From a virus, in the IMG/VR virus record IMGVR_UViG_3300017971_000007: a stretch of DNA of 64,000 bases; one strand, given 5' to 3'. The notes beneath the pieces are model-generated. The model saw only the letters and a list, made by a program, of their open reading frames with translations, was not told the origin of the DNA and ran no database searches. Each line of letters begins with the position of its first letter. The first letter of the stretch is position 1. Positions 28,305 through 39,660 of the stretch are shown here, one piece after another. The position numbers and the translations under genes are program-made.

Positions 28305-29198
28305 ATGAAAAGTGCTTTGACGTTAATGATACTGCTGCTATCAGCAGTATCATATGCTGGCGACGGTGTCAAGTTCACCGCCAAAGGAACTCTGTGGACA
28401 AAAGGAACTCTGTGGACAAAAGAATCTCTGGCGGCCTTAAATAAGGCTACAAAGGCTCTAAACAGTGCCCGTGAACGAATCAGCCGACAAAGGCGGCTGA
28501 TTAAAGAGTTCCCAGATCATATAGGGAGAATCCGGGACGACCTAGATAAACTGGAAAATCAGATTCTCTCCCTGAGAGGTAATGCGTCTATGACGAAAGA
28601 CGCGCTGATACTCAGGCTTGATATGGCCCTTTCTAGACTTCGGGGCCTTGAAAGTGAATTAAGTGATCTGAATGCTAAATCAGACAAAACAAATCGAAAA
28701 GTATCAGATCTTGAGAGAAGAATAGAAGACTTGGAGGACAAGACATACGGTCTACGACTTTATTTATCGTCCAGTTTCGACTGGGCTGCGACAGAGGATA
28801 GTATCTTGTCAGTGCATGTGCTCGGTGCTGAAGCCTACTGGCGCAAAGGTATAGCTGTTCTGACTGCTGGAGTCGGGGCAGGAATAAATGCCGAATCTAG
28901 GAATTTTTCGTGGGAGTCTAAGCTGACAGCCGAGTTCTTTGTAATGCGAAGGCTGTTAGTGGGAGGCGTCTTTCTGTACTCCAACGACATGGGAGATATG
29001 GAGGGACCGGAGAAGACACTGTATAGGGTTGGAGCAATAGTTAGGCTAGACCTGGACCCTGTTTCGGTTTGGGGGATTTTCGCTCCATCCATATATGGTG
29101 AGCGAGAGGAGAAAGAGAAACCTGGTGAACCGGACAAATCCCCGACCCACGGACCTGCAATCGGAGCTCTGATTGGTGTCAGCTTGACAGTGTTCTAG
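28305..29198 (+). CDS. Putative outer-membrane beta-barrel protein with N-terminal coiled coil
   Basis: Signal peptide (…AVSYA); ~110-aa coiled coil; alternating amphipathic strands; C-terminal IGVSLTVF (terminal Phe). Confidence 0.65.
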   Translation: MKSALTLMILLLSAVSYAGDGVKFTAKGTLWTKGTLWTKESLAALNKATKALNSARERISRQRRLIKEFPDHIGRIRDDLDKLENQILSLRGNASMTKDALILRLDMALSRLRGLESELSDLNAKSDKTNRKVSDLERRIEDLEDKTYGLRLYLSSSFDWAATEDSILSVHVLGAEAYWRKGIAVLTAGVGAGINAESRNFSWESKLTAEFFVMRRLLVGGVFLYSNDMGDMEGPEKTLYRVGAIVRLDLDPVSVWGIFAPSIYGEREEKEKPGEPDKSPTHGPAIGALIGVSLTVF

Positions 29199-29207
29199 GA
29201 GGTCAAA

Positions 29208-29756
29208 ATGAAGATCAAGATCGTAGTTACTGTAATGCTGTGTTGTGGATGCGGATTCGATACAGACGAGCCCGCGGCCGATATTGACATATACCCGCCC
29301 GGCCCTACCAAGTACGAGAAAATATATGTCGGTCCGTGTACAATGGGGTTGGTTCCTCATCCAGTGGTGTCAGATGAGTATCGACACTATATTGACGGTC
29401 CCGAAGACCTCCACGGATTCATAGTGGAGTATGGCGGGGGGAGGTATAGTAGAGGCTCCAAAGGGTCCTACAATAATCTAGGAGTTGGTGTGCCGTGTGG
29501 GGCCTGCTTCAGCCATCTGTCCGGACAGATGGTCGTATATGATGATAAAGTGAACGCCATGCCGTATGGTTGGGGGAACCAGAGACCTCCACTAAACGTC
29601 CCATTTGTGGAGGCGATTTATGGAGGGATGAGGTACATTTTTAAGCCAGAGCTCGAATTTGATCCAGATTACGAAGATGAGATGCTTAGATTAGACTTAG
29701 ATGAATCATGCCAGCTCTTAATAAGGGCTGGCGTAATAAAGGAGACCAGTGAATGA
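29208..29756 (+). CDS. Putative lipoprotein
   Basis: MKIKIVVTVMLCCGC lipobox-like; AGGAGG RBS. Confidence 0.5.
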   Translation: MKIKIVVTVMLCCGCGFDTDEPAADIDIYPPGPTKYEKIYVGPCTMGLVPHPVVSDEYRHYIDGPEDLHGFIVEYGGGRYSRGSKGSYNNLGVGVPCGACFSHLSGQMVVYDDKVNAMPYGWGNQRPPLNVPFVEAIYGGMRYIFKPELEFDPDYEDEMLRLDLDESCQLLIRAGVIKETSE

Positions 29757-29929
29757 GAAATTTCGGATACGGGATGGCACCGCCAACCAAAGGTGCCAAG
29801 AGGGTGAGTCAGCCCCCTGATGACGTAGTTGCTAGGAACTACGTCCTACCAAAATTAAAGGAATCAAGCAACTACAAGACAAGCTCCGGTAGTGCCACCG
29901 CCTCCGGAGTCATTATCACTAAAGGCTGA
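29753..29929 (+). CDS. Small hypothetical protein (58 aa, not in ORF track)
   Basis: ATGA-coupled with AAGGAG RBS; MRNFGYGMAPP...IITKG*; followed by a terminator. Confidence 0.5.
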   Translation: MRNFGYGMAPPTKGAKRVSQPPDDVVARNYVLPKLKESSNYKTSSGSATASGVIITKG

Positions 29930-29941
29930 TTCCTATCCCCG

Positions 29942-29995
29942 ACCGCGAATCTGCTCCCAACTCACCCTCAGCAGATTCGCGGTTCCTATTTTTTT
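29942..29995 (+). terminator. Intrinsic terminator
   Basis: accgcgaatctgct/agcagattcgcggt (14 bp), then a T-run. Confidence 0.65.
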
Positions 29996-31371
29996 GGTAG
30001 ATAGATGTTGTATTCTTGTTAAATTTGTCGGAAAACTAGGAGAAACCGATGATCAAGTCAGTAGAAGGCAACATAGCCACTAGAATAGTTCTCAGCTCTT
30101 TGCAAAAGGAAAAGAGGGATTCTGGATCTTTAGAGAAACCAGATAAAAGGATTGGCGTCGCCAACAACATTCTTGATGAGGTTGATGCCCATTTAGGTGT
30201 TGTGGAAGGTTTAATCAAGGAGATCGATGACATCATGGCTTCTTTCGATGTCATGGTCAAGGTAGCGGGTCAGCGTAAGGGTTATGTTTCGGAGGCATTA
30301 AAGCGAGTCGAGGTATATATAGAGAATGATGTGTCGGCCTTGGAACTAGCTGACAATCTAAGAAGTATGGCTGATGAAATCGAACACTCATATAAGGCCC
30401 GTCTCTCTGTGCTACGCGGTGAGCACAAGGAAAAGGAGGAGGAATACGAGAAATTTGTATCTTTTTGTAGAGAGACTAACGCCTTGAGATTGTCTAACTT
30501 GAGGAAGCTTAGACATCAGCACGGAAAGAAAGCCAGAGAGTATTTTAAGAAAGTCAGTGTCTTTCTCAACAGAATTAACAAGAGAGGGCTTCAGGAATTT
30601 TGTGAGCATAGATTTTGTGAGGCTCAAAAGAGATTCGAGTCAATGAAGCTTTATCTAGAGTCCGTCAGTGCGTCGGTAGAGGACCTGCTCAAATGACAGA
30701 AGAGTATAGATTATTTTTCATTAAATTATATCTTCACAGAGAAGGTACTCAATATCACGCCAATGTCAAAGTCTATGTAGAGTCTGATCAGACTCATTGT
30801 TCATCAGTTGTAATGCCGATTCAGTATTCTGAATTCGCTGACATCTTAAAAGCTTTCAAGCAATTTGTTGTCAATTTTGGAAATTGCTTGAAGGCCATAA
30901 ATATAGGCTTTGATATAAAAATTGAGACCGTGAAATTTAATAAGGTGACAAATAAATGGGTCACAGTGCCTCCTGTGTTTGCGTACCCAATAGACGAGGA
31001 AAGGTTTGAGGCGTTAATTAATTCTTCCGAGAAAGAGACACACATAACAATCGATTTAAGGAGAGAAAGTGCCGATTCAAACGAAGAGAACAAGAAGAAG
31101 TGAGCATAGCCCGCTTACGGTTCAGTCAGTGGTCCCGGTGAAGCTATTACTCACGACATACACTGATGGAGCCGGAAAATCAGAAACTAGGTTATTGATG
31201 GAATTCGATAACCATCTTCATTTTCTCCACGAGGAAGGTGTGGAGAGTAAACTTCGTCAACCAGCCGGCTGGTTGAGAAAGGAGGTGATGAGAGTTTTAG
31301 AGGATAACAAGAGGAAAGAGAGGGAAGCGTTGGGGGGTTCTGAAACCGATAGACCTATAGGTATGGATTAG

Positions 31372-31719
31372 ATGAAACTTCTAAACGATTGGGTTCTGGT
31401 AGAGCTAGAACCAGAAAACGAGTTCTACAGCGGATTGTCTGTCAAGATTTACAAATCTAATCCAGATTCTGATTCTCACGTCTTTCGTTTAGGGAGAGTC
31501 CTCCAGGTAGGTCCGGGGAGACGCTGTAAGAACGACGTACGAATCCCTATGTTTGCCCGTGTGGGTTCCCGCGTGATATTCATTAAGTTTATAGCGACCC
31601 ACACTAAATCAGCTCAATCTCTGAAGCCGCTTTTGCCTGAAAACCAGGCTCTGATAAGAGACTACGACATATTGGCTGAAGTGGATGAGGGATTAAGGAT
31701 TGAGCATATCAGTCAATAA
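31372..31719 (+). CDS. groES: Co-chaperonin GroES (cpn10)
   Basis: MKLLNDWVLVE...GRVLQVGPGR.....RIPM.ARVGSRVIF...LIRDYDILAEV. Confidence 0.85.
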   Translation: MKLLNDWVLVELEPENEFYSGLSVKIYKSNPDSDSHVFRLGRVLQVGPGRRCKNDVRIPMFARVGSRVIFIKFIATHTKSAQSLKPLLPENQALIRDYDILAEVDEGLRIEHISQ

Positions 31720-31729
31720 GGAGGAATTA

Positions 31730-32014
31730 ATGAAGAAGCTTGAATTTAAGTTCAAGGTCGGGGACTGTGTAAAATGGGTGAGCAACCATACGGAGAAAGA
31801 GGGGGTTATTCTCTGTCCCATAAAACCAGGGGAAGATCCTGTGAAGAAAGGGGAGAAATTTTCTAAAAAGCATAAGGCCAGGTTCGAATATGGAGGGGGA
31901 AGGCCGAGGGAGATGAAATCATATCTCGTGAAAGTGACTAAGAACACACTTTCCGGGAAGGAGAAGAATTATATCTACTGGCCGAGGGTTTCGAAGTTGC
32001 AACTGATGCGATAG
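31730..32014 (+). CDS. SH3-like phage hypothetical protein
   Basis: FKVGDCVKW...KEGVI...SYLVKV...YWPRVSKL; AAGGAGG RBS. Confidence 0.55.
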   Translation: MKKLEFKFKVGDCVKWVSNHTEKEGVILCPIKPGEDPVKKGEKFSKKHKARFEYGGGRPREMKSYLVKVTKNTLSGKEKNYIYWPRVSKLQLMR

Positions 32015-32021
32015 GCTCTGT

Positions 32022-32054
32022 CAATGCCGAGGGAATCCCTCGGCATTGTTTTTT
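32022..32054 (+). terminator. Intrinsic terminator (perfect 13-bp arms)
   Basis: caatgccgaggga-a-tccctcggcattg followed by T6. Confidence 0.75.
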
Positions 32055-32589
32055 CACTGACATCAATTTTTTCTAGAAAATCGATTGGAGAAATACATGA
32101 GAGTCATAAACAAAGTTGGGGGAAATGTCGAGATATCTTGGATGTGGCTCCCGGCGTTCATAGGAAATGACATAAGAACTTTAAAAGAGATAGACAAGCA
32201 GCTGGAAGAGAATTTTCCTCCTCCTATCGAATCCAGTGAGGAGTTATTAGACAAAATTCATGACTTTGTCATAGATTTTCTGGAAAAGAGATATAAATTA
32301 AAGGGATTATCAGCTTATCTTGATGGAATGAGGAGTGTTAGAGATTCGGAGAGCGGGTCTGATTCTCTGAAATTCAGAATCTCTAAGACAGAAAAATACG
32401 TGGTTGAGTCAGATAATGTTGTTATATCTGTGGAGTCCAGTCAGGGAATCTATAGGTGCGCTATGTTTTGTAGGGACGGGTTCATGGATTCTACTCCAGT
32501 AGGTATCATAAATTCATTTAATCCAGAGTACGAGATATTGAAGGAAGTCGTTTCTGCGATAAAAGCTTTCGAAATACAGGAGAGAAAAT

Positions 32590-33714
32590 ATGGATAGTAA
32601 AGAGGCCATGGAGATATATAACGACTTAAGGTTGAGAAGCTCTAAATTCCTCTTGGCAAACGGTATGCAGCATTCTCCGTTGATGCCGCACGCTAGACTA
32701 CGGCCATTTAGTAGATCTAGAAAATCTCACCCAAATGAAGAAATTTTCCCTTCTGAGGGCACAGGCATCCCAAAAGGGATACTCTACCACTTCACTGGCG
32801 GTAGAAGCGGGATAAAGTCCCTCAGATGGGGTAACGATGCCAGATGGGGTAATACAGTGAGTTCCTGGCACGCGACGATATTCGACGGACTTTCTGTGGG
32901 ACTAGTCGCGGACTACTGGGACCGTGTGAGTTCGGACCTCAAGAAAATTTTTCCCGCTCCTGTAATCATAAATGCTGGCTGGTTCATGGGAACATACCAC
33001 GGCGGTCCGTTAATGAATGCTCATACTCTGGGGTTCGAGGCCGTAAACTCTGGTATGTATGATGCGAACAATATCCATCGTAGAATCAGAGGAAAAGCGC
33101 TGGTCCCATACGGCGACTATCTCTGGGAGCCGTACACTGGCAGCCAACTTACCAGTATAGTCAATCTTTCCATATTAGCTAATTCACTATTCAATCTGAA
33201 CAAGAACTACATCCTTGGCCATCAATGCGTATGTGCGATAAAAAGTGACCCCGGTCCGAGTTTTCCGATTCATTCTATTAGGGATTTTACGATAAACAGT
33301 GATGATTTCCTAGAACAGGGTACGTTGCTGTCTCCATGTGATACGAATTCCGAAGACGGAAGTTATATGGATGAGGAAGATGAATGGTTTGAACCGTCAA
33401 GGGATTTCAGAGGTGATTATTATGATGCCGTCATTCCGGTATCGCAATCTAGTGCCGATAAAAATTCAAAGTCCGTGTATTACGAGAAAGTTAAGACAGG
33501 GCTCATGTATCTAGGATTCTGCGTAAGCGGGAAAGAATCTGACATGGTCCGGAATATCAAATGGTTCCAGTCAAGCACGCATGATTGGAAGACTAGCAAG
33601 AAATATAGGCATTATCGGCCTCTGAAAGTTGACGGCATTGCCGGCAGGAGAACTATAGATGCTTTGAATTTGCGATTCAAACAGCTAGGGCTCTCATACA
33701 GGAGTGCGCTATGA
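32590..33714 (+). CDS. N-acetylmuramoyl-L-alanine amidase (Amidase_2) with C-terminal peptidoglycan-binding domain; endolysin candidate
   Basis: GILYHFTG, SSWHATI, YHGG, NAHTLGFE, ILGHQ...KSDPGPSFP; C-terminal IKWFQ...LKVDGIAGRRT. Confidence 0.85.
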   Translation: MDSKEAMEIYNDLRLRSSKFLLANGMQHSPLMPHARLRPFSRSRKSHPNEEIFPSEGTGIPKGILYHFTGGRSGIKSLRWGNDARWGNTVSSWHATIFDGLSVGLVADYWDRVSSDLKKIFPAPVIINAGWFMGTYHGGPLMNAHTLGFEAVNSGMYDANNIHRRIRGKALVPYGDYLWEPYTGSQLTSIVNLSILANSLFNLNKNYILGHQCVCAIKSDPGPSFPIHSIRDFTINSDDFLEQGTLLSPCDTNSEDGSYMDEEDEWFEPSRDFRGDYYDAVIPVSQSSADKNSKSVYYEKVKTGLMYLGFCVSGKESDMVRNIKWFQSSTHDWKTSKKYRHYRPLKVDGIAGRRTIDALNLRFKQLGLSYRSAL

Positions 33715-34733
33715 ACGGATTGGGAGAGGAGAAATTTTCTGGATATGTGCTGGAAGAATTTGAATCGTATCTTCCTAAAAAGAGGTCAGACATCCTCGAT
33801 GCCATAAGTTCGATTCTATCTGAGAAGTACGTACAATCTGTGATAATCGAGATAGGGAAGCCTATTCGATACACGAAGTATGTTAAGGAGAGCGAGGAAA
33901 CATCGTCCAGAGATAGGGTAACGCGGGGTCCGGACTTGGACCAGGTTGTCCGAAATATCAGATTGGACGAAGTTTCTTTGGACGACGTTTCTTTGGATTC
34001 TGATGAAGATTTCAGAGAGAAGTCCCTGAAACTGGCCAAAATCTTTCTCGTACTCGCCACCAAGAACTTATTTCTTACTCATATCGGAACGAGCACGTCC
34101 CTAAGTTTCATAGATTGGCTTGGAGGAGGAGCTTTGACCGGAATCCACAGATCCATGTTTGATGGGATTATCAAATTCGGCGGAGCTGTACTAGTGCAGC
34201 ATGAAGATATCCCAGAGAACGTTGTAGTCTTTTGTGCCGGGAGGAAGATGGGAGGGGAGTTATCGGACGTAACCTATGCATTAAAACTCTCAACGGAGAA
34301 GTTCTGTGAATAAGAAACTGATTCACGCTATTCCACCGAATGCCATCCAGCAGATGGAGCAGTGGAAGACCATGCCCAAAATTCGGGATAGTGGGAAACC
34401 TGATAGTCTGGAGGATATAGAATCACACGAGTTCTTCATGGACATAAACAAAATCATGGAGAATTTACATAGAATATCCATCGTAATCGTGAACCATGAG
34501 AGTAAAACTTTCGAAAGAAAGGAACTGGATGCTGGGGTAGATAGATATTGGGGGAGGCTGTTCATACCGGTTCATGAAATAGATGACCGTAAATGGATGC
34601 TTTCATCGAACAAGGTAATGACTGAGTTTACGGAGGGGTTGTTAGATATCGAATCCATTTCCCTGAATTACATAACCAATGAGGAAAAATTGAGAGTGCC
34701 GACTCATTGGGTGGTGACTGTTAAGGAGTAAAC

Positions 34734-34946
34734 ATGGATTTGCCGATGAATTGCCTGCATCCGATTCAAGTTAGGAAGGTCATTAGACAGACCGACAAAG
34801 CTATTCTGGTTAAAATAGGTAGGCGGGAGGAACGTTGGATCCCTCAGAGCGTCATCGATGATAAATCTGAGGTCTGGAAGAAGGGACAGTCCGGAGAGCT
34901 CCTCATATGTTTTGAATTTGCAGAAAGAAATGGATTAGTGAGGTGA
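34734..34946 (+). CDS. Small phage hypothetical protein
   Basis: RQTDKAILV.....ERWIPQSVI...G.L.I...FAE..GL; AAGGAG RBS. Confidence 0.6.
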   Translation: MDLPMNCLHPIQVRKVIRQTDKAILVKIGRREERWIPQSVIDDKSEVWKKGQSGELLICFEFAERNGLVR

Positions 34947-37680
34947 TTAATGAATCCGTTGAATACATACGACAAGAGATTGGCTGTGTGGTCCGTCATG
35001 GACCAGGACAATGACATTTTTCAGATGGTGGCGTGGTTTTTCAAGTCCATTCCATACGATGACAGCGTCCATCCGTTTATGGAGCACAGACAAGTCTGTG
35101 CTTTTAGGTCAGATATTGCTCCGTATACCCCCATTTCTAGGGAATGCATGCTCAATCTGCAAAACAAATACGGAAACATGTTTAATTGGGCTCACAGCCC
35201 AACTTCTGCAATGTATAGAAGGGCCGCTTATAGACCAGATGCTTGGAAAGTGTTTCGTGAGTACCTTGAAAAGACATGGGGGAACTATCTTCCGAAAGAC
35301 TTAGTTCCTGTCAGCACTAACCTCCTCGTTAGTGACTATCTTCTCTATAAAGGCCTGTTTAACTTGTACAAGGATTTTACGAACGCCGCACATGACGAGA
35401 AATTACTTTCCAGGTACGATTTTGTGTTCACTCCTCCGAAACTTCCAGCTTGTTATGCGGGAGTGGGAAAATGATGAACGATTCATCTGATTTCAATTTG
35501 TTTGTAGAAGGGCCTCACGAGCACGTCCATCGTGAATTAACGGAGAGAGGTTCAATTACTAAAGGGACGAACAAGTCCGTAATAGGAAACCCTGAGTTTG
35601 CTGAGATCTTGCAACGGGTGGACTGGTATTTGGAGGCTGTCAATGGATTAATCAGGCTAAGGGATCCTCATTCTATGGACTTGTCCACTGACCGAGGAAA
35701 ATTGGATTTTATCAATGCGTTGGATAGAAGAATAGCCGGAATGGTGCGAAAAATTGCGAGGATAGGGGATTCCATAAAAGATTTTGATGATAAGAATGGT
35801 ATCGAGGAAATGAGGATGTTCAGCAGAGAGAGAATTCTTCTAGAGGAGTATAAGCGGGGATTTGAGTGTGGACGCGTAGTTAGTGCCAGACGAAGAACTA
35901 GGGTCTTGAAAAGGTGGATATCTAAAGACGGCTCTGGAATCGAGATAATAGGGGATGTAAGTAGGCCCTTTATATGGAAAAAAGTCGTTCCTGGACAGCT
36001 GGTATCTCTGGGATCCAAAATAGTGTATCTTGATTCCAAAAAGAGGCTGAACTGTTTCTCCTATAACGAGAAAGCCGAGGGCTGTCATGTAATCACTGTA
36101 GGCAGTACTGGGTTGGTAGGATTTATCCAAAAGACTGGAGTCGAGCTTGTGTGTCGTCAGTTAATTGGGGATAAGTTTCTTCACATTCTTCATGCGAATG
36201 AGGGAGGTGTCATATCTGTCAGTGGAAGATATTTCATCTTGTTTAGTGGAGAACTTTTTCCTATTCCTACGTCTATTCTACTGAGAGACGGCATCATCAA
36301 ATCTGATTCTTTTGAGGAGAGTCCGAATCAGTAATCAGATATCGAGGAACGGTTATGAGTGTCATACAACCAAAAGAAGAAGTCTGTAAGTGCGAGGACA
36401 GTCAGTTTCTTGTTATCGAAAAGCACGGTGCCTACGACTACCACCGGTGTCTAACATGCAAAAATGTTATAAAGGTAGTGGACACTATGAAGGAGAAAAG
36501 AGGTGGACGAACTAGAAAAAAGAGTAAAAGAGTTCCTCCAAAAATTCATGAGCAGTAGAAGACAAAATTTTGGGATACATGGATGGATTACTCTAGATAC
36601 TGTTAAGAGAGTAGGAGCAGAGTTCATAATAAACAAAGCTGTTCCTGCCTTATCCAATAAACAAGAAATTCTGGACAAACTCAACTCCACCATCAGATCT
36701 CTCATAAAATCAGGGAAGCTGTCGTATAGAGAAGAAGTGTTATTCACTGGCGGTGAGTTATTTGAGGAGGAAGAGAATGGATAAGCTTTGTCCTTTATGT
36801 AAGAGTCCTGGGACGGACTTGATCTTCAAGTTCTATTGCTCAAATTCCGAATGTAAGAATTTCAATAAATCGGAGGAACCGTTCTCCAGGAATCCCATTA
36901 ATAAGGATATAGAGGATGATTTTCGTGTAGTATCCTCGGACATAAGAGAGCGCGTGGATATGTCCGAATCTTACCAATATATTATCGACGTGCTGTCAAA
37001 GTCGGTGTCCGTGAACCCTATTCTACCTGATGTGGATTGGACGGAAATAGGAAAGAAATGGGGTGAGATATTCAAGGAGGTTTTGAAAGATAAAAATGAG
37101 TAACGAGGATGAGATTGTGCAAGTTCTGTGTCAGGAGAACAAGATAAGTCTAGATTCTATAAGACGCGGTCTTGAGTCTTCTCTAAAATTTCATTGGATT
37201 GGGTTTCCCTGGCAGAAGGAAGTCGTAGACGTAATTTCTGAAATCGTGTACGAACATTTCCTGGAATTTGGCAGGAACAAGACCATATCAGCCTTAGAAC
37301 GTTCATTTGAACACAAGCCGCTGTGGTTGTTCGGGTCTGAGGCGAAGAATACTGAATTCGGGAAGATGCCTGTTTGGTCTAGTGAATTTGACCGCGAATC
37401 TTTCAAGAAACTAGTGAGGGCGGAGCTATATGGACATAAAAATAGAGATGAATGTCGTTTACTCGGAAGAAGAAGTAAAGGGCCTGCCAAAGAACTTAAT
37501 CCAGCAACTAGTGGCCGAGAATTCTCTGAGAACTGTGATAAAGATTCTCAGAGAAAAATATGATCTGAGCTTAGATTATCTTATTCAGTCTTTTGAAGGT
37601 GCTGTGGCTGATTTGGAAAAAATCAGCCACAAGAAGATGAATTGGGATTTTGAGTATATCTCAAACAAATACCGGAGGAG

Positions 37681-38361
37681 GTGATTATGTCCGAATTTTT
37701 GAAAAAGTACTGGGTTATGTCATTATTGGCTTTCATCATTCTCTCTGTGGCCGCATCTTCCATAATATGCGCAGTTGCCAGGGGGGAAGGCGATAACGGG
37801 TTTATGCGTGTGGACTCAAAGCCCGTGGTGTGGAAAGGGACGGACCTTCCGATTTCCTGTTTCTACAGCGATGTTCTTCACTCTCATTTCCATTATATGA
37901 ATGACGCCATTCAAAGAATAAACTCTTCCACGAATAAAATAGTGTTCTTGAGCTGCTATCCGTGGTCTATGAAGACCGAATACTCCAACTCCAGGAAGAA
38001 GGTCGTAAAGGGGATTGTTTTAGTCACAAGCTCTGTAGAGGATGTAGAGGGGGAAGAATCTGTAGTGGTTACTACGAACAAATCAGTACCTATATTTTCT
38101 AGTGTCTATCACAAAAACGGAAACATTTACGGGGTGCGTGTATCTGCAGATCCTGACTACAAACCGTGGAAGGAGTCCGTCAGAGTAAAGATCATGACCA
38201 ATCTATATCTTAGAGCCTTTTTAAATGCTTTGGGTCTGGACAATGACAGGGTCAAAAAATCTATCATGTATCCGACTGGGGATGCTGGCACCATTCTTCT
38301 ACAAAAGATTACAGACAGGGACATGAAGCTTTTAAAATCTGTATATTCCGGTCCAAAATAA
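37681..38361 (+). CDS. Membrane-anchored matrixin (metzincin)-like protein lacking zinc ligands
   Basis: N-terminal TM helix; RAFLNALGLDNDRVKKSIMYP...ITDRDMKLLKSVY aligns with HExxHxLGLxH...SIMYP...D...L...Y. Confidence 0.6.
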   Translation: MIMSEFLKKYWVMSLLAFIILSVAASSIICAVARGEGDNGFMRVDSKPVVWKGTDLPISCFYSDVLHSHFHYMNDAIQRINSSTNKIVFLSCYPWSMKTEYSNSRKKVVKGIVLVTSSVEDVEGEESVVVTTNKSVPIFSSVYHKNGNIYGVRVSADPDYKPWKESVRVKIMTNLYLRAFLNALGLDNDRVKKSIMYPTGDAGTILLQKITDRDMKLLKSVYSGPK

Positions 38362-38907
38362 CTACAGAATCAGTACAATTGGCCTGCAATCAGGCCAATT
38401 GTACTAGATATACGTCAAAATCTGTGCTTATCTACTAATTTAGAAGATGGAGGCAATATTGGAAGAGATTATCAACGCAATAAATGGCACCAAATACGGG
38501 GAAGTGGTCAAAGTCACCGAGTCTGAGGAATCTTTTAGGGTTGTCCACAGGGTATATCCCGACAAGAAACCGCGGTGGAGAGAGGTTTTGGGAAGGATTA
38601 TCTTAGGGGATAGGAAGTGGCAATTTCATTCTGGAATCTTTTATTTCGCTGATAATGGGGTCGTGAAGTATGCATGGGAGATGATTGTAAGATATTGCGG
38701 GGAAGACCCCAAATCGGTTAAATCGGAAATCGTCCGATTGATTAAGAACATTCCTACGACCGGTGTGGCAGACCATGCGAAGGGTTCCCTCCTTGAAGAA
38801 TATCCCCTAATCGGAGCCGATGAAAACAGGAATAAGCCTGAAGGTCCCATAAACCCAAAAGCTCCTCATAAAATGAAGGGAGCTCATCTTGTTAGAGGAG
38901 CTACTAG

Positions 38908-39660
38908 ATGACCAGAAGCTACAACGTGATCAGCGATATCCATGCTAGAAGAGAACTTGAGTTCGGCCCTGAACATGAGATACAGAATCAGATCGAGATG
39001 GCTAGGAGGGAGATGGAGGGAAGGAAAGTAGAGCCTCTCGATTCAAGAGAAATGGAGGCCGTGAACAAGAGGATAGAGATTCTCAAGAAGCTACTTCACA
39101 GGGACCTAAGAGCGAAGTTCAAGATAGAGGTTCATTTTGATAAACACAGAACGACTGTCGTGAAACCTTTTTGCGGAGCGATTAGTGTATGGCTGTCAGG
39201 GACCATGTTTAATGGAGGAGGAGACCAAAAGCTGTACGAGTGCCCTAATCCAGAATGCGGGGCGTTGATTTATCCGTACCAGATAAGCCAGCAAAATGTT
39301 GTGGAGAATGGGTTTGAGGAGTTTAAATCAATCAGTTACTGTTCGAAATGTGGAAGGGTATGGGATTCAGAAAAAACTATTGGAGAGAGGTTGCTTAAAT
39401 TAACCCACCAGAATTGGGTGGAGGCGATTATACGGGTGATGTTGAAGTTAGATATGGATGCCGACATCTATCTCAAGTTCCACACCGAAGACATTAGATA
39501 CAGGACCATGATGGAGATGGCCCGAGACAGGGGAGGAGAGGAAATTGCCAGGGTTAGGAAAAGCAGAGCTTTGCATATCTACCCACTTAAAAATATCATT
39601 CAGGACACTAAGAACGGCGCGTCTCTGGAAAGCAGAATCAAGGCTTTTATAAGTGCTTAG
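38908..39660 (+). CDS. Zinc-ribbon-containing phage protein
   Basis: YECPNPECG...YCSKCG. Confidence 0.55.
   Translation: MTRSYNVISDIHARRELEFGPEHEIQNQIEMARREMEGRKVEPLDSREMEAVNKRIEILKKLLHRDLRAKFKIEVHFDKHRTTVVKPFCGAISVWLSGTMFNGGGDQKLYECPNPECGALIYPYQISQQNVVENGFEEFKSISYCSKCGRVWDSEKTIGERLLKLTHQNWVEAIIRVMLKLDMDADIYLKFHTEDIRYRTMMEMARDRGGEEIARVRKSRALHIYPLKNIIQDTKNGASLESRIKAFISA

Noticed and set aside
28383-28422. Short tandem duplications (KGTLWT x2; also VDSA x2 near 49880 and LDxVS x2 near 33963)
   Set aside because: Only two copies and in-frame; ordinary slippage with no array structure
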